Notes under the pieces: generated by a model | What the model saw: the letters and a program-made list of their open reading frames with translations, nothing else | What the model was told of the DNA's origin: nothing | Databases searched by the model: none | Part shown: piece by piece, positions 9,028-18,575 of the stretch | Position numbering within the stretch: the stretch's first letter is position 1 | Layout: each line of letters opens with the position of its first letter | DNA from: Elusimicrobiota bacterium | GTDB taxonomy: Bacteria > Elusimicrobiota > Elusimicrobia > UBA1565 | Direction of reading: 5' to 3' | DNA: 64,000 nucleotides | Assembly (NCBI GenBank): GCA_043827405.1 | Contig: JBDRPD010000108.1 | Span: 57,617-121,616 of the forward strand | Made by a program: the position numbers and the translations under genes

Positions 9028-11004
9028 CTACTTGCTCTTGGCGAGTTCCTGCATGCTGAGACGCGCGTCGCAGACGTCGATATATGCCGCCGTCGCCGCC
9101 TCGCCCGAGCGCACCAGCGCCGACAGCGAATCGGCGGCCGAATTTACATGGGAATAAGCCTGGTTCGAGTTGCCGACGGCATCCGTCATGCTCGACTGCA
9201 TCTTTTGCAGATCGCGGGTCTGCGGGTAGCCGAGGTTGTCGGCCTTGGCCTTCTTATCCAGTTCGCGGATATCCTCGCGCCCCGTCTTGACGCCCTTCTG
9301 GATCGGACCCAGATCACCGCTCAAGCTGCCCACCATTAACGACTGGGGGATGAGGTCCAGCACCCGCTTCATCTCCCGGCCTACCGTTTCGCCGAAGCTC
9401 TGAAACGCTTCCGCCTCAGCGCTGGGCATGCCGCGCGAGATCGGCGGGAACTCTTTGGGGATGAGGCTGCGGGTGATATCCGCGTACTGGCGGACATGCT
9501 GGGCATAGTCCATCGCGTTGCGCAGCTTCTTGTGTGAAGCCAGGGCGCCCGCCCGGGGATCGATGGGCTCGCGGCGTTCGACCGTCTTGCTCCAGCGGCC
9601 GTCGTGCTCCGCCCAACCCTGGTTTTTCAGGTTCTTTTGCTGGTAGTACGAGAGATACTCCTTTTCGTTGCCGCGATCGTTGTAGTAGAGCGTATCCCAA
9701 TGCGAAACGTAGCGGCGGCAGCCGCCCGGAACCTTGGCGATCTCGCCGATGCTCGACGCCATATCCGCACTCGCGACGGCGATGCGCGGGCGCTGCTCGT
9801 TCTTGATGGCGTCTTCGATATCCTGCGCCGCGGCATAGGCTTCCGGGTAGGCCCGGTAGCGGCTCTTGGCGGAAACGACGGCCTGCTCCAGGGACGCGAG
9901 AACGGCGTCGGCCTCCTGCAGCCTGGAGCGGAGCGCCGGAATCTTCTGTATCTCGAAATCGGTTATTTTCGAGACGACATTCTCGAAATAGGAGTCCGCG
10001 ACATTGAGGAAATCCCCCGCCTGCCCCGTCATCGCGCTCGCGCTCTTATCCTTGACCGGCGTCTCCTTCGGCTTGGCGGTCGCCGCGCCGGCGCCGCCCT
10101 TGCCGAAGCCTCCCCCTCCTCCTCCGCCGCCCATGGTCGCACCGCCGCCACCGCCGCCGCCGCCCATGCTGGCCGCCCCCTTGCCGGGGCCGTTACCGCC
10201 GCCGGAACGCGGCAATGCCGCCTGGGGAATCTCCAGATTGGGAGGAGCCGCATTGCCGGCCGCCGCGGCCGGTGCCGCCGCGGCGGTCGATCCGGCTCCC
10301 GCCGCAGCCGCCTGCAGCGCCGCCCGCGCCGAGGCCATATGCCCGGCCATCGGAGCTCCGCCCGACGCGGCCTGCCCGCGAACAAAAGACCGGCCGCCGG
10401 CTTTAGCCGCGGCCGTATGGCCCGCGGCGGAAGCCGTCTTGATGGTCTTGGCCTGCTCCTCGCTTAACGGCCCATCATGGGCGCTTTCGGCGTCCTGGGC
10501 GATCGCCGCCGCCCCGGCGGCGACATAGTCATTATTGGCCAACGGATTAATCATCTCGAACGACCCCTTGTCCGGCCGTGCCGCCCGCTCCTTCACCTGC
10601 GCCATGCTGTCGGCCTCAACGTCGCCGATACGCGCCGTCTGCTGCGCCGCCATCTGCGCCATCCGCACCGCGTCCAGGGTTCCCCCGCGCGCGGAAGCGT
10701 CGCGCGCCGCCTCTTCCGCCTCCATGGAATCCGCGGTAATCACCGAAGCCGGCAGCTTCGCGTTGGTCAGCTTCTTGACGATCAGGTGGCCGCCGGCGGA
10801 CACGTCATTGGCTTCGGCGGAGTCCGACTTGTTCTGCAGCGCCGAGTCCATAATCTTCGCGATCTCCTCCGATGTCTGCCGCGGCTCAGACTTCTCGCCG
10901 CCAAACAGAATGGTTAAAGACCAAACAGTCACGCCGAGGAAAGCCGCCCCCCCCGCCGCGAGGCCCATAAGCTTCGGGTCGTTAATGATGCGCTCAAACT
11001 TCAT
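9028..11004 (-). CDS. N-terminally anchored surface protein, Gly/Ala-rich stalk, helical C-terminal region
   Basis: 658-aa ORF; TM LMGLAAGGAAFLGVTVWSLTILF; poly-Gly linker; predicted coiled-coil C-terminal half; SD-like AAGAAG; 12 bp downstream of the 847-aa gene. Confidence 0.75.
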   Translation of the reverse strand: MKFERIINDPKLMGLAAGGAAFLGVTVWSLTILFGGEKSEPRQTSEEIAKIMDSALQNKSDSAEANDVSAGGHLIVKKLTNAKLPASVITADSMEAEEAARDASARGGTLDAVRMAQMAAQQTARIGDVEADSMAQVKERAARPDKGSFEMINPLANNDYVAAGAAAIAQDAESAHDGPLSEEQAKTIKTASAAGHTAAAKAGGRSFVRGQAASGGAPMAGHMASARAALQAAAAGAGSTAAAAPAAAAGNAAPPNLEIPQAALPRSGGGNGPGKGAASMGGGGGGGGATMGGGGGGGGFGKGGAGAATAKPKETPVKDKSASAMTGQAGDFLNVADSYFENVVSKITDFEIQKIPALRSRLQEADAVLASLEQAVVSAKSRYRAYPEAYAAAQDIEDAIKNEQRPRIAVASADMASSIGEIAKVPGGCRRYVSHWDTLYYNDRGNEKEYLSYYQQKNLKNQGWAEHDGRWSKTVERREPIDPRAGALASHKKLRNAMDYAQHVRQYADITRSLIPKEFPPISRGMPSAEAEAFQSFGETVGREMKRVLDLIPQSLMVGSLSGDLGPIQKGVKTGREDIRELDKKAKADNLGYPQTRDLQKMQSSMTDAVGNSNQAYSHVNSAADSLSALVRSGEAATAAYIDVCDARLSMQELAKSK

Positions 11005-11016
11005 CTTCTTTGTCTA

Positions 11017-13560
11017 TCAACACCAGAACTGCCACCAACTGCACTGCGTCGGCGGCTTCGGCGGCGTCGGACAGGTGTAAGCCGGCGACGAGCCGTAGCC
11101 CTGATACTGCGGCGAGCCGTAGCTGCAGCTCGGCACCCGCTGCTTGGCCTTCCAACGCTCCTTGCAGTCGTACTCCCAGAACCAGCAATTGTCCGACTTG
11201 GGCGGGGGCGGGCAGGTATACGCCGGCTTCGCGCCGTAGCCCTCATACTTCGCCGCGCCGAACTGGCACTTGGGGACGGACTGCTTCGCCTTCCAGCGCT
11301 CCTTGCAGTCAAACTCCAGCCAGCCGCAGTTGTCCGACTTGGGACAGGCATAGGCCGGGCTCGCGCCGTAGCCCTGATACTCCGCCTCATATTTACCGCA
11401 ATTCGGGATCGACTGCTTGGCCTTCCAGCGCTCCTTGCAGGCGAAGTCGAAAACGCCGCAGTTGTCCGACTTGGGACAGATATAGGCCGGGCTCTTGCCG
11501 TAGCCCTGATACTCCGCCGTGTACTTGCCGCAATTGGGCACCGGCTGCTTCTGTTTCCACTTCTCCTTGCAGCCGAAGTCCAGGAAGCCGCAGTCTTCGG
11601 ACTTGGGCGGCTCCGGGCACTTCCATGCCGGGCTGGAGCCGTAGCCCTGATAGATGAAGTCTCCGTAGGCGCAGCTCATCTTCGGCTTGAGCTGGCTGGC
11701 CTTCCACCGGTCCTGGCAGTCCCACTCCATGATGCCGCAGTTCTCCGATTTGAGACTGGGCTGGGTGGATGTTCCGCCGCCCGGTATCTGCGGCGTCCAG
11801 CCTTCCAGGCCGCCGCCCTTCGCGGCCTGCGTCTCGCCCGTATCCGGATTGGCGGGACACTTATAGCCGACATTGGCCACGAACTCGGCCGCGCCGTAAA
11901 GGCAGCTTTGCGGCGCCTTGTCCCATATCCGCTTGGCCAATATCTTCTGGTTGTTGAGGCATTCTATTTCGACCGGCGCGCAGTTCTGGTACTTGAAGTC
12001 GTACTTATTGACCGTCTTGAACTCGCTCTGATCGATCGCCTTCTCGACCAGCGGCTTGATCCCGCCCAGGCGGACGCAGTTGATATGCGGGAAGTTTTTG
12101 TTGCGCGCGTCGCCCATCTGGATCGCCGGGCCGTCTTCGCAGGCGTCGGCGGTGAAGTTCACATACGGCTTGAGCGGATCACCCGTCCAGGTCCAGAAGC
12201 TGGTCCCCATTCCCAGCAGACAGACCCGGTCGCCGAAGTAGGGCTGATCGGTGCGCATGTCCTGAAAACCCGCCGGACAGCGATCGGCGCACAGCGGACC
12301 GTGGGTGTCGGTGTAGAGGACCCGGCAGGCCTGGCCGCTCGACCATCGATGCTGCAGGCTGACCAAGCGCACATCCGTCTTGAGCGGCTCTCCGATCGGC
12401 GCCGGAATAACGTTGTTGGCGTATGTCGTTCGCTCCTTCACGGCACTCTGCTCCGGCTGCTGCTCCTGGTTTTTTTCGGGCGGCGGCTCTCCCTCGTCGG
12501 CGGCGGCGTAGGGGTTGGTCGGCGCCTCGGCGACCGCGCCGTCGTTGCCGCCGCCGCCTCCACCGCCTCCGGCAGGCGCGCCGCCGCCCGCGGCCGGCGG
12601 CGCGTCCTTCTCCTTTTTCTCTTCGCGCATGCCCGACCAGGTTTTCTCGCCCCGCGTCTCCTGCACGGCCTCGCGGGCATTGCTGAACGCCCCCTGCACG
12701 CCCTTCAGGCCCGGAGCGGTATCCTGTATCTTCTCGTACGCTGTACCCTGCGCCTGCACGCCGGCCGCCGCGCCGCCCGGCGACTGCGTTTTGGATTCGG
12801 TCTTGCGCCTGCTCTCGCCCGCGGGCGCCGCGGAGCCCGGACGATTCTGCAGCGCATCGTTCTTCTTTTTGCCGTCCCTGTTGCCGAAGGACTCAAACTT
12901 GGCGAAGCCGCCCTGGCCGCCGCCCTGGGACAGACCCGAGAAAGACCGGATCAGCTTGGCGAGCTTATTATCGAGCTTCAGCTTCGCGCTTTCCTCCAAG
13001 GCCTTTCTTTCCGCCTCCTTCTGCGCCAGGATGTCCTCACGCGAGGTCCGGCTTCCACGGTCATCGGCGCTGGGCGCGTCTTTATCCTCATCCGCCTCGC
13101 TGAGAACGTCGGCGGAAGTATCCTCCTTCGACGACTTCTCCAGGCTTTCCATTTGCGCCAGCGTCACGCCCTCATAATCCCGCTTGTTCCAGCCCATCCC
13201 CTTAGTTTCGCCTTTGACGCCGGCCTTGGACATGTCGAAAGGCATGTCCTCCTCATTCGACATGGTCAGCCGGGTGGAATCCATGGCCGTGGCGCCCCCC
13301 TGGCGCCGCGGGTCCTTCAGCTTGGCGACATAGGTCCGCATCGGCGGGGTATCGCCGCCGGAAGAGTTCCCGCGCCCCATGCGGTCGGTGAAATTGACGC
13401 CGTCATGCTCGACCGGCATTACACCGCTATCGGTCCCCGTGAGCATCGCCGCGGCGGCTAAAACGACTACTCCGCCGGCCACCGCCGCCCCGATTCTAAA
13501 CTGTTTTTGCTCCAGCAGTTTGCCGAATTTTCTTTGCGCCTGCTTCATTTTTGATTCCAT
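11017..13560 (-). CDS. N-terminally anchored surface protein with Cys-rich domain and Cys/Trp tandem repeats
   Basis: 847-aa ORF; TM near residues 22-40; SD AGGAG upstream; five ~44-50-aa repeats KSDNCxxxxxxCKERWKAKQxxPxC...YQGYGxxPAYxCP. Confidence 0.85.
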   Translation of the reverse strand: MESKMKQAQRKFGKLLEQKQFRIGAAVAGGVVVLAAAAMLTGTDSGVMPVEHDGVNFTDRMGRGNSSGGDTPPMRTYVAKLKDPRRQGGATAMDSTRLTMSNEEDMPFDMSKAGVKGETKGMGWNKRDYEGVTLAQMESLEKSSKEDTSADVLSEADEDKDAPSADDRGSRTSREDILAQKEAERKALEESAKLKLDNKLAKLIRSFSGLSQGGGQGGFAKFESFGNRDGKKKNDALQNRPGSAAPAGESRRKTESKTQSPGGAAAGVQAQGTAYEKIQDTAPGLKGVQGAFSNAREAVQETRGEKTWSGMREEKKEKDAPPAAGGGAPAGGGGGGGGNDGAVAEAPTNPYAAADEGEPPPEKNQEQQPEQSAVKERTTYANNVIPAPIGEPLKTDVRLVSLQHRWSSGQACRVLYTDTHGPLCADRCPAGFQDMRTDQPYFGDRVCLLGMGTSFWTWTGDPLKPYVNFTADACEDGPAIQMGDARNKNFPHINCVRLGGIKPLVEKAIDQSEFKTVNKYDFKYQNCAPVEIECLNNQKILAKRIWDKAPQSCLYGAAEFVANVGYKCPANPDTGETQAAKGGGLEGWTPQIPGGGTSTQPSLKSENCGIMEWDCQDRWKASQLKPKMSCAYGDFIYQGYGSSPAWKCPEPPKSEDCGFLDFGCKEKWKQKQPVPNCGKYTAEYQGYGKSPAYICPKSDNCGVFDFACKERWKAKQSIPNCGKYEAEYQGYGASPAYACPKSDNCGWLEFDCKERWKAKQSVPKCQFGAAKYEGYGAKPAYTCPPPPKSDNCWFWEYDCKERWKAKQRVPSCSYGSPQYQGYGSSPAYTCPTPPKPPTQCSWWQFWC
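11020..11751 (-). repeat. Intragenic tandem repeat, ~132-150 bp units x5
   Basis: Recurrent GCAGTTGTCCGACTTGGG / GCCTTCCAGCGCTCCTTGCAG / GCCGTAGCCCTGATACT blocks encoding the 4-Cys repeat. Confidence 0.9.
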
Positions 13561-13638
13561 AACGGAATCTCCTGGCCAAGTTCAGATAGAAAGATAGCGC
13601 ACGGACGATCCGCCGCCCGTACGTGCGGGTATACGGTT

Positions 13639-13691
13639 AGGATAGCCCCAGCAGCGCGCAAGTTCCAGACACCTTTACCAAATATTTACCT
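13639..13691 (-). promoter_or_regulatory. Tandem GGTAAA direct repeat plus TATCCT -10 upstream of the 847-aa gene
   Basis: Minus strand AGGTAAAtattTGGTAAA-N26-GGCTATCCT; nearly identical arrangement at 22046-22097. Confidence 0.6.
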
Positions 13692-13784
13692 TTGCGCCGG
13701 CCCGGCCGCATAGGCCTTTGTGCCTATATGGTCCCAGGTCCATAGACCCTGCAAACCGTGCCCCATTAGGCTTACCTTATTGGT

Positions 13785-14924
13785 ATGAAGAGACTGCGGA
13801 CCATCGGCCGGGCCCTCGGGATCGCGCTGCTGACGGCGTCGCTGGCGCAGGCCGAGGCCGGCCTCGTCTCCCAGTACGGCGGCCTGGCGGAGTCGGCGGG
13901 CCGGCAGGGCGCCAAAATCCGCGAGCAGCAGCAGCAGTTCGCCCTTCAGCGCGAGCTGGCCGCCGCCCGCCGCCGCTCGGTCTTCCGCATCCTCTCCTGG
14001 AACGTGCAGACCTTCGGCGATATCAAGCCCGAGCGCGAGGCCGCCTACGAGATGCTCGGGCAGATGTTCTCCAGCCAGCGGTCATCCAAGATTCTGGCCG
14101 TCCAGGAAGTCGCCAACGACAAGGGCTCGGACAAATTCTCGGAGCTCCTGCCCGGCGGCGAGGACCGCTGGAACACCAACTTCCAGAACACCAACGATTC
14201 CCAGGACAACGGCTTCTACGTGCAGAAGTCCGTGCAGGTCGACTGCGAGGAGTTCCTCTTCGCCCGCGCGGATGAAAACGGCGACCACCGGAGCCGGGAC
14301 GACCGGGCCAAGCATCCCGCCCGCGCGGCGCATATGCGCGTCGGCGACTTCGACTTCACCTTGATCACCCTGCACCTGACCTTCAAGGGCGGCAAGACCG
14401 ACGCCAGCGCCGAGGAGCTCAAGCACATCCTCCGCTGGCTCGAGGACTATTTCGACAACCCCGAAAACGACCCGGACGTGATCCTGGCCGGCGACTTCAA
14501 TATGACCACCCGGGCCGGCGCCACCAGCGGCTCCAAAGCGGCGCTCGAGGACATCATCGAGCAGTTCCCGACGTTCCGGCGGGCTTACGACGCTGAGGGC
14601 AAGCGGGTACGCAAGCCGACCGAGCTGATCGCTCTGGTCGACGCCCCGACCTCGCGCTACAAGGGCGAGGCGAGAAACAACTACGACCACTTCATCGTTT
14701 CGGGCGACGTGTTCGACGAGGAGTTCGTCAGCGGCTCGGCCGGGCCGATCCCCGCCTCCTTCATCGAGGCCGCCGAGAAGAAGCACGACGTCTATGTCTC
14801 GGACCATATGCCGATCTCGGCCGGCTTTCTCTCCACGGGCGCCGGCAACGACGGCGAGGCCATCCGGTCCGATCAACCCGGCCCCACCAGCTCCCGCTCC
14901 TGCTGGAAGCGCGGCCGCAAATAA
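13785..14924 (+). CDS. Secreted DNase I-like endonuclease/exonuclease/phosphatase family protein
   Basis: Signal peptide; EEP motifs SWNVQTFG, AVQEV, TLHL, AGDFN, YDHF, SDHMP. Confidence 0.85.
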   Translation: MKRLRTIGRALGIALLTASLAQAEAGLVSQYGGLAESAGRQGAKIREQQQQFALQRELAAARRRSVFRILSWNVQTFGDIKPEREAAYEMLGQMFSSQRSSKILAVQEVANDKGSDKFSELLPGGEDRWNTNFQNTNDSQDNGFYVQKSVQVDCEEFLFARADENGDHRSRDDRAKHPARAAHMRVGDFDFTLITLHLTFKGGKTDASAEELKHILRWLEDYFDNPENDPDVILAGDFNMTTRAGATSGSKAALEDIIEQFPTFRRAYDAEGKRVRKPTELIALVDAPTSRYKGEARNNYDHFIVSGDVFDEEFVSGSAGPIPASFIEAAEKKHDVYVSDHMPISAGFLSTGAGNDGEAIRSDQPGPTSSRSCWKRGRK

Positions 14925-14976
14925 AGCGCACCCTCCCGCCTAGCGCGAAATTTGGTAAGTTTTTTGCGGAAGAACC

Positions 14977-16230
14977 ATGGCCGACTACAAGGAAATCGAC
15001 GCTTGCCGCATCTGCGGCAGCAGCCGCCTCATCCCCATCCTGGAGCTGGGATGCCAAGCGCTGACCGGCGTCTTCCCGAAATCCAGAGAGGAAAAGATCA
15101 CCGCCGGGCCGATCGAGCTCGTCAAGTGCGATGAGTCCGGCGGCGCGGACGCCTGCGGACTGGTGCAGCTGCGGCAGTCCTACAGCAAGGCCGAGATGTA
15201 CGGAAGCAACTACGGCTACCACTCCAGCCTCAACCGCTCCATGGTGGAGCATCTCGAAGACGTGGTCCGCCGGCTCACGGCGGACATCAAGCCCGAACGC
15301 GGCGACATCGTACTCGACATCGGCAGCAACGACGCGACCCTGCTCAAGGCCTATCCGCATGGCGCCGGTCTTGAGCTGACGGGAATAGATCCGACGGGGG
15401 AGAAGTTCAGAAAGTACTACCCTCCGCATATCCGCCTCATCGCGGACTTTTTCACCCGGGAGTCATTCGCCGCGGCCTTTCCGGAACGCCAAGCCAAGAT
15501 CGTCACCTCGATCGCCATGTTCTACGACCTCGACTCGCCGATCGACTTCATGCGGGAAGTCCGGTCCATCCTGCACCCGGAGGGCGTCTGGGTCATGGAG
15601 CAGAGCTACCTCCCCGCCATGCTCGACGCCACCGCCTACGACACGATCTGCCATGAGCACCTGGAATACTACGGCCTGCGGCAGATTCGCTGGATGGCGG
15701 AGCGCTCGGGGCTCAAGATCCTTGACGTCGAGACCAACGACATCAACGGCGGCAGCTTCGCCGTCCGCCTCGCCCGTCAAGACTCGGCCCGGCCGGAAAA
15801 TTCCCCGGCGATTGAAAAACTCCTCCGCCAGGAAGAGGCGTTGGCCGAAATGCGGCCGTACGAGGCGTTTCGCGAACGCGTGCTGCGCCAGCGCGAAAGC
15901 CTGGTGGAGTTTCTGCGCCAGGCCAAAGCCGAGGGCAAGCGCGTGCTCGGCTACGGGGCCTCGACTAAAGGCAACGTCATCCTCCAATACTGCGGCCTGA
16001 CCGAAGCGGACATCCCCTGCATCGGCGAAGTCAACACCGAGAAGTTCGGCTGCTTCACGCCCGGGACCCGCATCCCGATCGTCGATGAAAAGCAGGCGCG
16101 CGCCGACCAGCCGGACTACCTGCTCGTCCTGCCCTGGCATTTCAAAAGCTTCTTCCTCAAGAAAGAGACGGATTTCCTGCGCGCGGGCGGCAAGCTGGTA
16201 TTCCCCCTGCCGCAGATCGAGATCCATTAG
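14977..16230 (+). CDS. NDP-hexose C-methyltransferase (Zn-binding N-terminus + class I SAM domain)
   Basis: CRICGS...CGLVQL, LDIGSNDATLL, YDTICHEHLEYY, GYGASTKGNVILQYC, LVLPWHF. Confidence 0.88.
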   Translation: MADYKEIDACRICGSSRLIPILELGCQALTGVFPKSREEKITAGPIELVKCDESGGADACGLVQLRQSYSKAEMYGSNYGYHSSLNRSMVEHLEDVVRRLTADIKPERGDIVLDIGSNDATLLKAYPHGAGLELTGIDPTGEKFRKYYPPHIRLIADFFTRESFAAAFPERQAKIVTSIAMFYDLDSPIDFMREVRSILHPEGVWVMEQSYLPAMLDATAYDTICHEHLEYYGLRQIRWMAERSGLKILDVETNDINGGSFAVRLARQDSARPENSPAIEKLLRQEEALAEMRPYEAFRERVLRQRESLVEFLRQAKAEGKRVLGYGASTKGNVILQYCGLTEADIPCIGEVNTEKFGCFTPGTRIPIVDEKQARADQPDYLLVLPWHFKSFFLKKETDFLRAGGKLVFPLPQIEIH

Positions 16231-16231
16231 C

Positions 16232-17173
16232 ATGCGCAGGGCGGTGATCGTCGGCTGCGGCGGGCAGGACGGCCGGCTGCTGTTCGATCTTCTGCGGGAC
16301 AAGGGCTACGCGCTGACCGGCCTCGACGTCCGGCGCCGGCGCTGCGCGCGCTGCCGCGGCGGCGGGCCGGTCGACATCCGCAATGCCGGACAGGTGGAGC
16401 GGCTCATCCGCCGCTTCCGACCGCATGAAGTGTACTACCTCGCCGCCCGCCACCGCTCCGCGGAAGGCCGCGACGCGGAAAGCGCGGCGCTGCTGCGCGA
16501 CAGCTACGAGATCCACGTCCTCGGCCTGCTGCGCTTCCTCGATGCCATGCGGGTGTTTTCCCCCCGCACCCGGCTGTTCTACGCCTCATCCTCTTTGGTG
16601 TTCGGCACGCGGCGGGGCGGACGATTCGACGAGCGCTCGCCGCTGCGTCCCGATGAGATTTACGGCATCACCAAGGCCCAGGGGATGGCGCTGTGCCGCT
16701 TCTACCGGCGCCGGCACCGCTTGTTCACCGCCTCCGGCATCCTCTTCAACCACGAATCGCCGCTGCGCGGCGAAAGCTTCGTCTCCCGCCGCATCGTGCG
16801 CGGCGCGGTCGAAGTAAAGAAGGGCCACCGCCGCGCCGTGGTGCTCGGCGACCTCCGCGCCCAGGCGGACTGGGGCTGGGCGCCCGACTACGTGGAAGCG
16901 ATGCGGCGCATCCTCCGCGCCCCCCAGCCTGAGGACTTTATCGTGGCCACCGGGAAGAAGCATTCCGTCGGCGAGTTCGCGCGCCGGGTCTGCGCCCGTC
17001 TCGGCCTGGATCCCGAAAAACACCTGCACATCGACCAGCGGCGCCTGACGCGGCGCACGGGAGCTCGCGTCGGCGACGCCGGCCGGCTGCGGCGGCGCAC
17101 CGGATGGAAGCCGACCGTGGATTTCCCGGGGATGGTCGACCGGCTGCTGGCGGCCGAGCTGAAGGCGTCATGA
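16232..17173 (+). CDS. GDP-mannose 4,6-dehydratase-like SDR epimerase/dehydratase
   Basis: GCGGQDG, YASSS, YGITK, GILFNHESPLRG, DWGWAPDYVEAM; start at ATG 16232. Confidence 0.85.
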   Translation: MRRAVIVGCGGQDGRLLFDLLRDKGYALTGLDVRRRRCARCRGGGPVDIRNAGQVERLIRRFRPHEVYYLAARHRSAEGRDAESAALLRDSYEIHVLGLLRFLDAMRVFSPRTRLFYASSSLVFGTRRGGRFDERSPLRPDEIYGITKAQGMALCRFYRRRHRLFTASGILFNHESPLRGESFVSRRIVRGAVEVKKGHRRAVVLGDLRAQADWGWAPDYVEAMRRILRAPQPEDFIVATGKKHSVGEFARRVCARLGLDPEKHLHIDQRRLTRRTGARVGDAGRLRRRTGWKPTVDFPGMVDRLLAAELKAS

Positions 17174-17913
17174 AGCGGCCGCTGGTATTCATCCCGACCT
17201 ACAACGAGCGCAGCAACGTCGGCACCATCCTTAAGGAGCTCTGCGCCCTGGAGGTCGAGCTCGACATCCTGTTTCTCGACGACAATTCTCCCGACGGCAC
17301 GGGAGAGGTGCTCGACAAACTGGTCGCGGCATTCCCGCAGGTCAGCGTAATCCATCGCGCCGGCAAGCAGGGCATCGGCAGCGCCCACCAGGAAGGAATC
17401 CGCTGGGCCTACGAGAAAGGCTACCGCGTACTGATCACCATGGACTGCGACTTCACCCATCCGACCTGCTATATCCCGGACTTTATTGCCAAAGGGGAAC
17501 AAGGGACCGTCGTCGTCGGCTCACGCTATGTCCGTCACGACAGCCTGCAGAACTGGGACCTAACGCGCATCGTGCTGACGCATTTAGGCCACTTCATGAC
17601 CAAGTATTTCCTCTGCCTGCCCTACGACGCCACCGGCGCCTACCGCCTCTACCGGCTCGATAAGGTGCCGCATACGGCGTTCCTCCGCGTGCGCTCCCCG
17701 GGTTATTCCTTTTTCTTCGAAAGCCTCTACCTGCTGCACCGCAACGGCTTCCCGATCGAGGAAGTCGGCATCACCCTGCCGGCGCGCACGCGCGGCTACT
17801 CCAAGATGACTTTCCGCGACGCCTTCGTAAGCGCGCGCACGGTATGGGCGCTGTGGTGGGCGGGCCTGACCGACCGCAAGCGCTTCCTTATCGACGGGAA
17901 CAAGGACGCATGA
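17170..17913 (+). CDS. GT2 polyprenol-monophosphomannose synthase-like glycosyltransferase
   Basis: IPTYNERSN, DDNSPDGT, MDCDFTH, VVGSRY, DATGAYRLY; ATGA overlap. Confidence 0.88.
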   Translation: MKRPLVFIPTYNERSNVGTILKELCALEVELDILFLDDNSPDGTGEVLDKLVAAFPQVSVIHRAGKQGIGSAHQEGIRWAYEKGYRVLITMDCDFTHPTCYIPDFIAKGEQGTVVVGSRYVRHDSLQNWDLTRIVLTHLGHFMTKYFLCLPYDATGAYRLYRLDKVPHTAFLRVRSPGYSFFFESLYLLHRNGFPIEEVGITLPARTRGYSKMTFRDAFVSARTVWALWWAGLTDRKRFLIDGNKDA

Positions 17914-18575
17914 GCCGCATCAACACCGACGGCTGGAACGAGGACTCCGTCGTCCTTATCGAAAGCCCCCTCGCCAAGCTGCACCGCGCCTGGATGATGT
18001 CGCTGCTGGGCTTTCACCGGCTGGTGCCCGACAAGCAGGCGCGCATCCTCGACCTCGGCTGCGGCTCGGGCCCGTTTCTCGCCTACTTCGCCCGCCGCGG
18101 CTACCGCCGGCTCTGCGGCATCGAGCCCGACTCGGCGCTGATCGGCAACATCCCCAAGTACGTCGGGGCCGAGGTCAAGAACTGCCCGGCGGAGCAGATC
18201 GAGTTCGCCGACAGCACCTTCGATGTGGTTTTCATCTACTGCGTGCTGCATCATCTTAAAGACGAAGACGCCTACCGCGCCGCCTGCGCCGAGGTGCTGC
18301 GGGTTCTCAAGCCCGGCGGCCACATTTTCATCGTTGAACCCGGGCGCTACCGGGTTTTTCTCGCCCTGGAATTCGCCTCCTGGCTGCTCGGCTTCGTCTC
18401 CAAGACCTTCCGCGCGCTGTGGAATACCATGGAGGAAGAACGTCCGGTCCAGCACCATTTCCTCAAGAACCATCACGTCGTGCGCGAGCGGCTGCTGGCC
18501 GGCGGCGTCGAGACGCTGCGCGACGACTACTTCCTTTACTCCTGGATCTTCACCGCCCGCAAGCCGGAGCACTGA
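17910..18575 (+). CDS. Class I SAM-dependent methyltransferase
   Basis: ILDLGCGSG, FDVVF, VLHHL, RVLKPGG; ATGA overlap. Confidence 0.85.
   Translation: MSRINTDGWNEDSVVLIESPLAKLHRAWMMSLLGFHRLVPDKQARILDLGCGSGPFLAYFARRGYRRLCGIEPDSALIGNIPKYVGAEVKNCPAEQIEFADSTFDVVFIYCVLHHLKDEDAYRAACAEVLRVLKPGGHIFIVEPGRYRVFLALEFASWLLGFVSKTFRALWNTMEEERPVQHHFLKNHHVVRERLLAGGVETLRDDYFLYSWIFTARKPEH

Noticed and set aside
11020..11751. Regularly spaced repeats as a CRISPR array
   Set aside because: Units are 132-150 bp, in frame, vary at synonymous positions, lack unique spacers, and no cas genes are present.
13639..13666. GGAACTT on the minus strand as a ninth ECF promoter
   Set aside because: The position 14 nt downstream reads CTATCCT, not CGTAGT, and the paralogous promoter lacks GGAACTT.
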